Source of the DNA: a virus
Reading direction: 5' to 3' (one strand)
IMG/VR virus record: IMGVR_UViG_3300005336_000008
DNA: 56,024 nt
A program made the position numbers and the translations under genes. The notes beneath the pieces are model-generated. The model was not told the origin of the DNA. It ran no database searches and was given only the letters and a program-made list of their open reading frames with translations. Positions 1 to 9,534 of this stretch are shown here, in pieces. Positions within the stretch are counted from its first letter, which is position 1, and every line of letters begins with the position of its first letter.

Positions 1-120
1 TTAGGTCAGGGAAGTGCTGCATTGCCATTCTTAGAAGGAATCCGACAAGGTACTCCAAAACAACAAAATGAGTTTATCAAGAATCTTAAAGGCAGAAATG
101 CTGCACTTCTTGATGCTTTG
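1..120. repeat. Terminal 120-bp direct repeat, identical to 55905..56024. Most likely a circular-assembly overlap.
   Basis: I compared the first 120 nt (ttaggtcagggaagtgctgc...cttcttgatgctttg) with the last 120 nt and they match exactly. The reading frame continues across the junction. Confidence 0.95.
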
Positions 121-399
121 CAAACTCCCTGGCAGAAGCAAATTACAGCTTCGAATACGCAACTCCAAGCAGCACAAATGCAACTTAAGGCCGCGCAAGA
201 GCGTGTGGCGCAAACCAAGAAAGGCAAAGCCGAGGCTAAGAAGCCTATCAAGACAACCGCGACTCCAACTCGTACAACTCAGTCGGTAGTGCATCATCAC
301 CACGGCGATCAGGTAACAATTGAGGCATCAGGCGCAACTGCAAATGCAGTTAAATCCGCACTAGATCGTCACTCCTTCGACAAGCGAAACCGGCGATGA
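1..399 (+). CDS. Tape measure protein, C-terminal segment. It continues 52848..56024 across the circular junction, and bases 1..120 duplicate 55905..56024.
   Basis: Position 1 is in frame with the ATG at 52848 once 1 is mapped to 55905. The frame is open to the TGA at 397..399. The joined product is about 1151 aa. Confidence 0.85.
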   Translation, partial: LGQGSAALPFLEGIRQGTPKQQNEFIKNLKGRNAALLDALQTPWQKQITASNTQLQAAQMQLKAAQERVAQTKKGKAEAKKPIKTTATPTRTTQSVVHHHHGDQVTIEASGATANAVKSALDRHSFDKRNRR

Positions 400-881
400 T
401 TACTACATTGTTCGTATCAGGTGTCGCTGATAGCTACGCAAGTCAGATTGAGCTAGATACGCTTATCTATCCTTTGTTCAAATTCGGCTGGACGCCAGAT
501 TTAAACAGTGGTAGTCCTTTTCCAAAAACGAATTCATCAGGTAGTTGGAAATCACGGTCCAAAGTTGATGCAATGACCATTGAGATGAATGGTGCAATTC
601 TCGCAGATACAACTGCTGACTTCTGGACAAGAAGAAAAGCTCTAGTTGCAAAGCTAGTTCCACCACCAACCTTTGTAGGTGTAGAACTAGATCACGTGAG
701 ATTCGCAGCAACCTTTGATGGTGATGCAACTGTATATTATGCAGACTGTGTATTAGAGTCTAACATTGGAGCACTAGAAGCGACGGGAGCGCCTACAATT
801 CAAGAGTTCCAATGCATGTTTACTTGCAAGGACGGCTATTGGCGCTCAGGTTCTCCACTAGGTGCATTAGTAGTTATCTAA
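396..881 (+). CDS. Tail-module protein in the position usually held by a distal tail protein. Function not recognised.
   Basis: 161-aa ORF. Its ATG overlaps the tape-measure stop (ATGA), and it lies directly downstream of the tape measure. Confidence 0.65.
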   Translation: MITTLFVSGVADSYASQIELDTLIYPLFKFGWTPDLNSGSPFPKTNSSGSWKSRSKVDAMTIEMNGAILADTTADFWTRRKALVAKLVPPPTFVGVELDHVRFAATFDGDATVYYADCVLESNIGALEATGAPTIQEFQCMFTCKDGYWRSGSPLGALVVI

Positions 882-1181
882 ATGGCAACTGTCAACCAAA
901 CTCTAAGTTGTACAGGAAATGCTGTACCCATAGTCCAGAAATTTCCCGCAAAGATACAAACTGCAACTGGTACAGGATCGGTAAGTATCCTCAAAATACC
1001 AGGGAGAGTATTATCTCGTACGGCAGTTTCAACTCCTGTGATTGCACTACTGAGATTTGGAATTGATACTTTTGATATTGTACAAGTTTCAACCCGATGG
1101 TTTATTAAACCTGTCGATAGTGTTACTGCAAGAGCCCAAAAGAGATTTGGAATTATGGTGAGAGGTAGGCCAAATGGCTAG
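882..1181 (+). CDS. Hypothetical tail-module protein
   Basis: 99-aa ORF that abuts the previous stop. It contains ATGTGSVSILKIPGRVLSRTAVS, which resembles the repeat unit of the 40198..42588 protein. Confidence 0.6.
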   Translation: MATVNQTLSCTGNAVPIVQKFPAKIQTATGTGSVSILKIPGRVLSRTAVSTPVIALLRFGIDTFDIVQVSTRWFIKPVDSVTARAQKRFGIMVRGRPNG

Positions 1182-1503
1182 CGGAATCGGGATCGTTCAA
1201 GGCACTAAGGAGATTATTCCGGTTGAGGTAGTTGACAAGTCGGGTCTAACTTCTGATCTTTCTACTGCCTCTCCAAAGTTTTGGTTTCAGGCACCTGATG
1301 ATTCTTATGTATATGACAATGTGGCTACAACTGCTTCTGGAATGATTATGATGCCATTGGTTGATACAAGTTCAGGTGGCCCAGGTGGATTGCTTGATGT
1401 CGGTACTTATCGTATGTATGTTGGTTGGACTAACGGTTCGGAAGTGGTGAAGAAGTTTGCTGCCTTCGTGACGATTGGACTAGCTGAACTAAATGGCAGT
1501 TAA
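1174..1503 (+). CDS. Small tail-module protein, a distant paralog of 42588..42896
   Basis: 109-aa ORF. It shares the pattern GMI..PL(V/I)D(T/S)...G(T/R)Y(R/K)(M/L)(Y/F) with the 102-aa ORF at 42588. Confidence 0.6.
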   Translation: MASGIGIVQGTKEIIPVEVVDKSGLTSDLSTASPKFWFQAPDDSYVYDNVATTASGMIMMPLVDTSSGGPGGLLDVGTYRMYVGWTNGSEVVKKFAAFVTIGLAELNGS

Positions 1504-2641
1504 GCTTTGGTATGATATTACGGATCATGATGGAGATACGTTAGCTACCTTCCCATTTGAAGAAGGTACAGTAACGTATCGTCTAAGTGATGTCGGAGAT
1601 AATGGTCTTAGTATTTCATTAAAGGGTAATCCTGACCTAACCGATACACTATTTGGCCCGCGTCGTACAGATTTCATCCTCCGTTTGGAATCAGACGTGA
1701 TGGGTACGAGCGGCACAAACGGTAACCTACAGGGAGGCATTTGTGGCCCTGTAGGATTAAAGTCTCTAGATGATCGGGTACGTCTAAGGGGCGTTGACTG
1801 GCTAGCGTGGCTACAGCAGCCATACCACTTTACAGGATATCCCAAAGACCCTGAGGATTGGGTTCAGAACAATGTGACGCAAGATGTAATCAAGTATTGG
1901 GTTCTTGAATCTCAGCAAACTATCATCAGTGATATTCTCGATGGAATGTACGATGGTACAAATGAGACAATTCAACTCACAGCTTCTTATGGTGGAACAG
2001 GATGGCTTGAACAAGTAGATTCTTTCATGATTCAGATTGGTGATACTACCAACGTTCTTGATTCTATTAGAGCCGTTGGACAGCTTGTTGAACCCTATGG
2101 ATTTGATTTTTGGTGTGATTGGGATAAACTCATCAGATTTTATGCACCACGTAGAGTGACCGCAGAATCGGCGGTTCCAATTGCACTATTTGAGCCGAGT
2201 GGTGTAAATGGTCTTGTAGATATTAACTGGCAAAACAATGGACCAATTAACAGCTCTGCTGTAGGAATGCCCACAGCCGCATTAATGAAATATCATTCGT
2301 ATGCACCAGCGCGCGAACAATTTAGAAATTGGCTCGAAATCATCCAGATGAATGAATACATTAGAGATGATTTCATGGCGCAGCAGGCGACAAATGATAT
2401 CGGAGGATTGCATTCCAATCCTCAGAAAGATAATACGATTACTTATCTTCCTGATCGTATGGACCCTTTTGATGAGACTGTTGGTTTCTACAATCATTGC
2501 GGTTCTGTTGTGTTCATTGATTCAGAAGATGAGTTTAGACCTTACTGGCGAATTCAAGCTCCTTATGTAATTACGCAGCAAGAAATTTCGGCGCAAGGTA
2601 GTCAGTGGATCGGCACGATGACATTGGATCAAATTTACTAA
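1493..2641 (+). CDS. Tail tip / baseplate-like structural protein
   Basis: 382-aa ORF in the tail-tip block between the tape measure and the large fibre. It overlaps both neighbours. Confidence 0.65.
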   Translation: MAVKLWYDITDHDGDTLATFPFEEGTVTYRLSDVGDNGLSISLKGNPDLTDTLFGPRRTDFILRLESDVMGTSGTNGNLQGGICGPVGLKSLDDRVRLRGVDWLAWLQQPYHFTGYPKDPEDWVQNNVTQDVIKYWVLESQQTIISDILDGMYDGTNETIQLTASYGGTGWLEQVDSFMIQIGDTTNVLDSIRAVGQLVEPYGFDFWCDWDKLIRFYAPRRVTAESAVPIALFEPSGVNGLVDINWQNNGPINSSAVGMPTAALMKYHSYAPAREQFRNWLEIIQMNEYIRDDFMAQQATNDIGGLHSNPQKDNTITYLPDRMDPFDETVGFYNHCGSVVFIDSEDEFRPYWRIQAPYVITQQEISAQGSQWIGTMTLDQIY

Positions 2642-3045
2642 TGGCTAATAACTTTGAACCCAAATCTAAGAGTGTGGTGGATTGGCTCTCGGAAAGGGCG
2701 AATCGTCATAATTCTCGCTTAACTGAATTAGAGATTGCACGACTTGGTAAAGTTTGGATCGATCCAGGTATCCTTGCAGGAATCTATACTTGGCAGAATG
2801 GTTTTGATAGCGCCGGCGATCCTTACTATCCTTTCCAGTATCGTTTGTATGATCGTGACCATTTGCAAGTGAATGGAACCATCTCAGATTCAGGTCCTAG
2901 CGGTAGTTTAGGATTTACGCTTTTGCCTCCATTTTGGCCCACAAAAGATCAAGCCGTGTGGGGCAACGTGGACGTAAGCGGAGAAGTGCAGTTATGTGTA
3001 ATCAGGATTGTTTCTTCGAATGGACAATGTTTCATTAATTACTGA
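2641..3045 (+). CDS. Hypothetical tail protein. I moved the start to the ATG at 2641.
   Basis: The ORF track gives 2605..3045. The ATG at 2641 forms a TAATG overlap with the upstream stop and gives MANNFEPKS... Confidence 0.6.
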   Translation: MANNFEPKSKSVVDWLSERANRHNSRLTELEIARLGKVWIDPGILAGIYTWQNGFDSAGDPYYPFQYRLYDRDHLQVNGTISDSGPSGSLGFTLLPPFWPTKDQAVWGNVDVSGEVQLCVIRIVSSNGQCFINY

Positions 3046-6000
3046 TGCCTCCCGTTAACGACAATTTAGCCAACGCCACTGTTCTTTCTGGACCGTCTGG
3101 CTCAATAGGGGACACCCTGGTTGGCGCAACCATTGAAAACGGTCCATATACTATGGACGGTTTTACGGAATTAGCTTATTGGGGTGTTCCAACGGTTGCG
3201 GATGGTCGTTCGGTTTGGTACAAATATACTGCTGCATCTGATGTTAATTTAGTTTTAGATATAGTTGGAACAGGATTTCATCCATATGTTGAAACTTGGG
3301 TTGAGGATTCCCCTGGTGTGCTTACATTTGTAGATTGGTTCGGCGACGGAACATCTGATCCTTCTGCATCTAATCCCATTCCAATTCCTAACGGTGTAAC
3401 ATTATACATAGTTATAGACAATTGGGAATTTGATACAAGCGAAGGCTCATTTACTCTTGATTGGGAAGTATTTGCTGCTCCACCGAATGACAACATTGCA
3501 AATGCAATATTGATTTCTTCTAGTGGCGATATTATTACAGCCTCAACGGTTGGTGCAACAACAGAAGTCGGTGAAGATACATATGGTAACAACGCAATCT
3601 GGTATAAATGGTTTCCTCCGTCATCTGGCGTTACAGCCACATTAACCAAGCTTGCTGAAAGTCAAGATCATGCGGTTAGGATATACCAATCAAATGTAGG
3701 GGATAATGCAGATTATGGCGATTTGGGCGTGCAAGTTGCGCAAGTATCAGATCCCCCTATAGATACTGCTCAATTTACAACACAAAGCATTTGGTATTAC
3801 ATTATTGTAGTTCCCGACAGCACGCCTGGAACTGTTTCATTTTCTCTCACATTAGAAAATGAAACAGATACTCATGATGATGGAACAGTTTATTTGCCAA
3901 CTCAACCTAGAGGTTGGTCTGTTGGTAATAATGTAGGAACGACTACAGAAGTTGGTGAACCAACACATGCCGGTGTAGGCACTCATCATAGTGCTTGGTA
4001 TTATTTCGAACCAACTCATGTTGGGACCTACACATTTACCATTGAGCGGGTATGGGGAGATTTAGAAAATCCTGTTCTAGCCGCCTATACAAATCCATTT
4101 GACGTTTTTGGCGCCATGACTGAATTGGATTCTAATGCAACAACACCGCTTCCATCTATCACATTTACTATAAATGATGCTGATCGTTTTGATGATATCG
4201 CGATTGTTGTTGCTGGACGCGCAGAAGGACAGGAAGGCGGATACGTAATTAGCTGGAATCTTGATTCTGTTGAGCCAAACGATAATTTTGAAAACGCCAT
4301 TGAAATCTCTGGAACAGGGTCTTTAACAGATAGAGACTTAGATGGAGCAATGCTCGAAATTGGTGATTACTTCCTGTTCCAGTATTCAGGTCAATTTGGA
4401 AATCACTGGTATAAATTTATACCTGATGATGATGGTTCAATAGAGCTAACTATTGATGTAGGAACTTTGCTATCACAAAGAGTGTGGGTCTGGAAAGGTA
4501 CAGTTAGAGAAGATTTGGTAGCTATTGCCTATCAACTTTATAATGCTGGTCCCACTTCTAAACTTTTAAAGCTCCCTGTAGAAGCAGGACAAACATATTA
4601 TATTGAAGTTTATGGTACTCCACAATATACATATGATATATCTTGGGAAATAAATACTGACGCCCCTGTTGATTTTCAACCCACAAGTGTTGGTGATTTT
4701 GACACAAATAGTGGTGGGTCCGATTCTGCTGGAGAATTGGTTTTCGGGCCAACTGATTATGTCCAGCACACAATTTTGCCTAGTGGTCACTCTAGAGCAA
4801 CAGATCACATTTATGTAGGATTTAACATTCGATATGGCAATTCGAACAGAATGTTGGCTGGAAGCGGGGATCAGAAAATTAATGTGCTTGAGATTTATTC
4901 CGTAAGCAATACATTAATTGGTGGAGTTAAAATCTATGAAGATTTAGGTAATCTTGAAATAACAGGTCATCTTGAATGTCTTGGTGGTGGCACAAGCGTT
5001 TATAAATTATCAGAAGACAATATTTATTGTGAATTCGTTATTAATAATGTCCCTTCTGATGATTATACAACATCTGCTAAAGATATGTCCATGATTATAC
5101 AGGGGACCGAACTTACAGCGGACAATACTTCGTCTCCTTCTACTCAACTTATTGGTTATATCAAGCTTGGGTATATTAATGAACCAGCAACCGCGCCAAA
5201 TCTTGATTTGAGATTTTCCGATATTGTAGTTAAGACAATACATGATGATGAAGGATTGCCTGACCCACCATTTTACGCCGACCCTAATGATCGACTTTTT
5301 TTCGCAACTGGATTCAATGAAAGACAGACAACAGCTTCACATATGGGTCGGGGATTCAGGAATACTACAATGGCAACTGCATATACTATTATCGATGATC
5401 CTACAGGGGGCGGTAAGGGAGCAGTTGTAGATGCTTCTTCCGCAGCCAAGACAGTTGCCGTACCTGGATTATCATCGCTTTTTGGCGGCATAGGAAAATA
5501 TAGAGTAACTGCTGGATGGTGGGTTTACTTGACAACCATTGGTAGTGGCGGAATACTTGCAACTGTAACAGGGACTCAAAAAGGTACTCTTAACGCAACA
5601 TTTTTAGCCTTAAAGTGTCAATCTGACGGAACATTATATATAGAGACTGATGGTGGTGTAAACGGGGTCCTTTCAAGGGCTTATAGTCATAGAGTTATGG
5701 AGACTGGCTCTTGGCATCATATCGAAATTGAGGTTACAAGAAATATCCCCCGAACAGAAGGTAGATGGTGGATTGATGGAGAAGAACAAGAGCCGATTAT
5801 AGGAGATAGAGGAACAGGAAGAGCTTGGAGTTTTATGGCGGGCTTCAGTATTTCTCTTACTTCTTCTCTGAGAGGATACATTACCGACATTACCAGCACT
5901 CTCAAGGAACATGTGGGTCCAATTAAGTCAAGTATTGTTTCTCCTGATGCATCAGGCACTCACGATCTTGGAACGATCACGCATTACACAGAAGGTGATG

Positions 6001-7160
6001 GAACAGAGACATTTATTACAAGTATCGATGATGGAACAACATATACATCGTTGGGTGCAACCGATCCGGTTCACGGATTTATTGACGAATGGCCTAATAA
6101 TGATAGTACATCTACAAGTGACATGATTGGTGATGTCAACCGCAGCAGCTATATTGAATATACATATGCTGATGTGGGCGGCGGAGAAGATGTTTTGTTT
6201 ATCAATGCATTTACTGCTGTTCGTCCAATGCATATTATGACTGTTGACTTTACTGGCTTGCACACTTATCCCGACTTAATACCCCACAGCAGGGATCAAT
6301 CAGATACAGGGGCAATGATTTCTACTTCTAAGTTTTTGTTGGGAAGCAGAGAAGTCAATCAACTTAATGAATATTCAAGTGGTTTTGACACAAACTACAG
6401 AGTCTCACAAATTCCGTTAGGTCATGCTCCCGATGGAGAATTGTGGACTCCTTCTAAAGTAAACAGCATGATTGCACGATGGGGGTATCAACACTGGTTT
6501 ACCGCTAGCCCGCAGCAAGGCAATGCGTTGGAAGCCCAAATGATGGAAATTATTATGGCGGAAACCGTATCCGTCAGCTTGGACGAATATGTACCTCCTG
6601 CTCCTGAAATTAATTTGGTCGCACAGCAATTTGATAATCAAACTCCACCATATGCATTTAACAGTTGTCTTGCATGGTCCAAGACTGATCTAAGAACAGA
6701 CCCAAATATGTCTCGCAAAATTTGGCTATTCCCAACGTATGTAAAGGAGTGGGAATCATTTAGATTATTCTGGCGAGTAACGCCAGCCTATGACGCAGAT
6801 CAACCTGGATTTGATGGAGTCTATAATAATAATCAATTATCTAAATGGCTTTTGACTAGTGGAGAATTCTACGGAGATATTGCAAACAATCTAAATGTCT
6901 CTGAGGAACGTTGGGGCAATAATTATTATATTACCAATGAATTTACAGATTGGGAAATGCGAGTTATGTCCCCATCCCTGATCTATAATCCTTGTGCTCT
7001 TGGCGCCCTCGTAGACGAAGATGGAAACATTACTTTCGAAGCATTTATTCGTGATAGCTACGGGATCGATTCAGATATTACTACATTAGTGGTAAACATC
7101 ACTAGAGGCGATTGTTGTGGTGGCGCTTTGATGTTCAACAAAATTGTAGCACTTAGATGA
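3045..7160 (+). CDS. Large tail fibre / host-recognition protein with four N-terminal PPC-like (pre-peptidase C-terminal-like) repeats
   Basis: 1371 aa. Repeats of about 130 aa begin near 3045, 3474, 3870 and 4269. They carry (P)NDN(L/I/F)xNA...G.T.E.GE...WYK(Y/W/F) motifs. It is the last and largest gene of the tail block. Confidence 0.8.
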   Translation: MPPVNDNLANATVLSGPSGSIGDTLVGATIENGPYTMDGFTELAYWGVPTVADGRSVWYKYTAASDVNLVLDIVGTGFHPYVETWVEDSPGVLTFVDWFGDGTSDPSASNPIPIPNGVTLYIVIDNWEFDTSEGSFTLDWEVFAAPPNDNIANAILISSSGDIITASTVGATTEVGEDTYGNNAIWYKWFPPSSGVTATLTKLAESQDHAVRIYQSNVGDNADYGDLGVQVAQVSDPPIDTAQFTTQSIWYYIIVVPDSTPGTVSFSLTLENETDTHDDGTVYLPTQPRGWSVGNNVGTTTEVGEPTHAGVGTHHSAWYYFEPTHVGTYTFTIERVWGDLENPVLAAYTNPFDVFGAMTELDSNATTPLPSITFTINDADRFDDIAIVVAGRAEGQEGGYVISWNLDSVEPNDNFENAIEISGTGSLTDRDLDGAMLEIGDYFLFQYSGQFGNHWYKFIPDDDGSIELTIDVGTLLSQRVWVWKGTVREDLVAIAYQLYNAGPTSKLLKLPVEAGQTYYIEVYGTPQYTYDISWEINTDAPVDFQPTSVGDFDTNSGGSDSAGELVFGPTDYVQHTILPSGHSRATDHIYVGFNIRYGNSNRMLAGSGDQKINVLEIYSVSNTLIGGVKIYEDLGNLEITGHLECLGGGTSVYKLSEDNIYCEFVINNVPSDDYTTSAKDMSMIIQGTELTADNTSSPSTQLIGYIKLGYINEPATAPNLDLRFSDIVVKTIHDDEGLPDPPFYADPNDRLFFATGFNERQTTASHMGRGFRNTTMATAYTIIDDPTGGGKGAVVDASSAAKTVAVPGLSSLFGGIGKYRVTAGWWVYLTTIGSGGILATVTGTQKGTLNATFLALKCQSDGTLYIETDGGVNGVLSRAYSHRVMETGSWHHIEIEVTRNIPRTEGRWWIDGEEQEPIIGDRGTGRAWSFMAGFSISLTSSLRGYITDITSTLKEHVGPIKSSIVSPDASGTHDLGTITHYTEGDGTETFITSIDDGTTYTSLGATDPVHGFIDEWPNNDSTSTSDMIGDVNRSSYIEYTYADVGGGEDVLFINAFTAVRPMHIMTVDFTGLHTYPDLIPHSRDQSDTGAMISTSKFLLGSREVNQLNEYSSGFDTNYRVSQIPLGHAPDGELWTPSKVNSMIARWGYQHWFTASPQQGNALEAQMMEIIMAETVSVSLDEYVPPAPEINLVAQQFDNQTPPYAFNSCLAWSKTDLRTDPNMSRKIWLFPTYVKEWESFRLFWRVTPAYDADQPGFDGVYNNNQLSKWLLTSGEFYGDIANNLNVSEERWGNNYYITNEFTDWEMRVMSPSLIYNPCALGALVDEDGNITFEAFIRDSYGIDSDITTLVVNITRGDCCGGALMFNKIVALR

Positions 7161-7390
7161 ATGTTGATCTACAACAGATTTTAGAAACTGTAAGAGCGGC
7201 CGGAATAACAGGCTTACTTGTGTTTGCTCTTATTGGAGGTTTCAGGAAATGGTGGGTATTTGGCTGGCAATATAAAGATGTTTGTAAAGAAAAAGATGAA
7301 TGGAAACAATTAGCCCTCGGAGGCACGCAGTTAGCGGAGCGTTCCGTCAGTGTTGCAAAGGAAGTTGCGGAGGTGAAATCTCCATTATGA
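7157..7390 (+). CDS. Small single-pass membrane protein, probably associated with the lysis cassette
   Basis: 77 aa with one hydrophobic helix (AAGITGLLVFALIGGF). ATGA overlap with the fibre gene stop. Confidence 0.6.
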   Translation: MNVDLQQILETVRAAGITGLLVFALIGGFRKWWVFGWQYKDVCKEKDEWKQLALGGTQLAERSVSVAKEVAEVKSPL

Positions 7391-7536
7391 TCTTTAGTCA
7401 TCTATTCAAAAGGAGAAAAAAGTCCACCAATAGAGATATTATTGATGTAAAACGTCGTCAGAAAGCTGTTGAGATAGAACTACGTCAAGTTGAGCAGGTT
7501 ATCGCCATTGCACGAAGAAGGGGGTCTAATCGGTGA
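7387..7536 (+). CDS. Small basic protein. I trimmed the start to the ATG at 7387.
   Basis: It lies in the frame of track ORF 7300..7536. The ATG at 7387 forms an ATGA overlap with the upstream stop. The sequence is MIFSHLFKRRKKSTN... Confidence 0.4.
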   Translation: MIFSHLFKRRKKSTNRDIIDVKRRQKAVEIELRQVEQVIAIARRRGSNR

Positions 7537-7961
7537 CTGACCTAATCGCGGATTGGACGACAGCGGGGCCATACAAAAATTTAACTTGGGTCACGATTAC
7601 GTTTACTGCTGTCGTCATAGTAGCACTTATTTTCGTGACTTTTGAATTTTGGGATTCATGGAAAACATATCGTGCTGTACGAAAAGGAGGACAAAACGGA
7701 CGATTTTTACTTCTAGCAGAAAGTAGCGTTAGACGTAGCGTTGGAAGATTCGTTATTCAGTTAGTATTCCTGATGCTTGCATCAGTAGCGATTTCTATCT
7801 CAGTCACCGAAGATAGATCACATTTATATTGGTATCGTGTTGCATTCGTTAGTACGTTTCTTGTTGCAGAGGTAGTCTCTTGTCTATTAATTGTGAATGA
7901 TGTAGTCACAAGGCATAGACTTGAAAAGATGATTCATGATTCATTTAATAAGGAGCCATGA
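7533..7961 (+). CDS. Multi-pass membrane protein, holin-like or lysis-associated
   Basis: 142 aa with three hydrophobic segments. It sits just upstream of the endolysin. Confidence 0.6.
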   Translation: MTDLIADWTTAGPYKNLTWVTITFTAVVIVALIFVTFEFWDSWKTYRAVRKGGQNGRFLLLAESSVRRSVGRFVIQLVFLMLASVAISISVTEDRSHLYWYRVAFVSTFLVAEVVSCLLIVNDVVTRHRLEKMIHDSFNKEP

Positions 7962-8077
7962 TGAACGCACAATTAACGTTATGGGAAGCTGATCCAGATG
8001 CGCCAACGCCAGAAGATGAACCTAAAGAACCTGATAGTGAAGAAGGGGAAGGAACTGTTCCTCCTGAGGACGACTAA
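7958..8077 (+). CDS. Possible small acidic ORF (39 aa)
   Basis: MMNAQLTLWEADPDAPTPEDEPKEPDSEEGEGTVPPEDD. It fills the gap between 7961 and 8080 and overlaps the upstream stop. It is below the ORF-track size cutoff. Confidence 0.3.
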   Translation: MMNAQLTLWEADPDAPTPEDEPKEPDSEEGEGTVPPEDD

Positions 8078-8079
8078 TT

Positions 8080-8853
8080 ATGGCAACACCTAAAGTACCA
8101 CTTTGCAGAACACTACAGCGCGGTATGACCGGGAATGATGTGATCGCGCATAAACGCGCACTTTCACACGCATTCCCCGATTTGTACCCGTGGTGGAAAC
8201 GCGGATTTTCTCCGCAGTACGGCACAGCATTCGAGAATGCTGTTAAGGGTGCTCAGTTAATTATGAAGGTTCCCGTTACCGGGAAGATCAACAAAGTCAC
8301 TCACGATGCGCTTCGTCAAAGACGGACAGCACGTCATAGAACTGAGTGGGCTTTTGATGATTATTCAATTCATCTTGCAGAGGTCTATTGCGCTAATCAC
8401 AAGAAGAAGAATAAGCGACAGCTTGCAGTAGAAGCAGGATTTTACTGGTATGCACATCGCTATGATATGGATGCATACAGTCAAATGCGTGCTTTTATTC
8501 TATGCAAGCCTCCGACAGTTCCCAAAAAGTGGGATTGTAGCGCAATGGTTACAAACTGCCATTACGCTGCTGGTGCTCCCGATCCTAATGGACGTGGTTA
8601 TGATGGGCAGGGATATACTGGCACTTTAATTGGACATGGACATAAGGTTAAATTCGGTTTACTAGAACCAGGTGACTTTATCTTCTATGGTTTTCATCGT
8701 GGTGCAAGTCCTGCATTCCCTGTAGGAGCACCAACGCATGTTGCAATGTACACAGGAGGTGGAAACGTCTTAAGCATGGGAAGTTACCCAATGGGTTTCT
8801 ACAAGTACAACTATCGTAGCGATATCAATTGCTACGTTCACTACGATATTTAG
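8080..8853 (+). CDS. Endolysin: an N-terminal peptidoglycan-binding-like domain plus a C-terminal NlpC/P60-type cysteine peptidase
   Basis: The N-terminus reads LQRGMTGNDVIAHKRAL. The C-terminus has a Cys motif (WDCSAMVTNCHYAAG) and a His motif (PTHVAMYTGGGNVLSMG). Confidence 0.85.
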   Translation: MATPKVPLCRTLQRGMTGNDVIAHKRALSHAFPDLYPWWKRGFSPQYGTAFENAVKGAQLIMKVPVTGKINKVTHDALRQRRTARHRTEWAFDDYSIHLAEVYCANHKKKNKRQLAVEAGFYWYAHRYDMDAYSQMRAFILCKPPTVPKKWDCSAMVTNCHYAAGAPDPNGRGYDGQGYTGTLIGHGHKVKFGLLEPGDFIFYGFHRGASPAFPVGAPTHVAMYTGGGNVLSMGSYPMGFYKYNYRSDINCYVHYDI

Positions 8854-8862
8854 GAGGCTGAG

Positions 8863-9276
8863 TTGCAGGACCTACTAAATGCGGCTTTCAATGATACGAG
8901 AGTTCAGATTGCTCTGCTACTTCTCGTACTCGATTTCCTACTTGGAACAGTAGCCGCACTTGTTGACAACACGCAGGGCTTCCGTCTTAGCTTCATTGCG
9001 GATACCATGCGTAACGATGTGCTTGGGAAGATGGTGCCGTTCTTCATTCTGTATGGTGGTTATCTATATGCTGCTAATGCAGACCTAGTGATCCCTGGAC
9101 TCGATATGGAAGTGCTTATGAACGCTGCTTGGGTTGTTGTTCTTGCAGCATTCGTGGGTTCTATCCTTAAGAGCGTGACTGATCTAGGTCTATTTAAGCA
9201 GTTGCAGAGTGATGTTCCACAAGTTGCCGGACCTGATCCTGTTACGCCAGAAGTTCCGGCACCACCTAATCCTTGA
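8863..9276 (+). CDS. Holin-like membrane protein with a TTG start
   Basis: 137 aa with several hydrophobic helices. AGGAGG lies 5 nt upstream of the TTG. It is immediately downstream of the endolysin. Confidence 0.7.
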   Translation: MQDLLNAAFNDTRVQIALLLLVLDFLLGTVAALVDNTQGFRLSFIADTMRNDVLGKMVPFFILYGGYLYAANADLVIPGLDMEVLMNAAWVVVLAAFVGSILKSVTDLGLFKQLQSDVPQVAGPDPVTPEVPAPPNP

Positions 9277-9365
9277 GCACAAATGATCTATTAACGGTTC
9301 TGAAAGTAATTCTAGCAATTTTGCTAATCATCTTACTTATCAGAATCTTGTTCTAACTTTCAAAG

Positions 9366-9394
9366 TTCTCTCTCGTTCAGGGCCAGAGAGAGAA
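9366..9394. terminator. Hairpin with a 9-bp stem (TTCTCTCTC/GAGAGAGAA) in the convergence zone
   Basis: Read directly from the sequence. It lies between the end of the plus-strand late arm and the 3' end of the minus-strand tRNA. Confidence 0.4.
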
Positions 9395-9397
9395 GCA

Positions 9398-9438
9398 GAG
9401 GGAGTCACCTTTACTCCTGGGGTGGCTCCCTCATTTTT
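9398..9438 (+). terminator. Intrinsic terminator candidate for the late (plus) arm
   Basis: A 12-bp stem with one mismatch (GAGGGAGTCACC / GGTGGCTCCCTC) is followed by ATTTTTG on the plus strand. Confidence 0.6.
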
Positions 9439-9444
9439 GTGCAA

Positions 9445-9528
9445 TGCCGACGGAGGGACTCGAACCCTCAATCCTTTACAGGCGTCAGATTTTAAGTCTG
9501 ATGTGTATACCAATTCCACCACGTCGGC
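9445..9528 (-). tRNA. tRNA-Leu, anticodon UAA, type II with a long variable arm. No CCA is encoded.
   Basis: I folded the cloverleaf by hand. The acceptor stem is GCCGACG/CGTCGGC. The anticodon stem is TCAGA/TCTGA with loop CTTAAAA. The T arm is GAGGG-TTCGAGT-CCCTC. The D loop contains GG. Length is 84 nt. Confidence 0.9.
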
Positions 9529-9534
9529 ATGAAT

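Noticed and set aside
3278-6641. Multiple antisense or off-frame ORFs inside the 1371-aa fibre gene
   Set aside because: They are fully contained in a long, well-supported coding frame. None has an RBS.
9340-9522. 60-aa minus-strand ORF in the track
   Set aside because: It is almost entirely superimposed on the tRNA-Leu gene and the terminator hairpins. It has no RBS, so I treat it as an artefact of the structured region.
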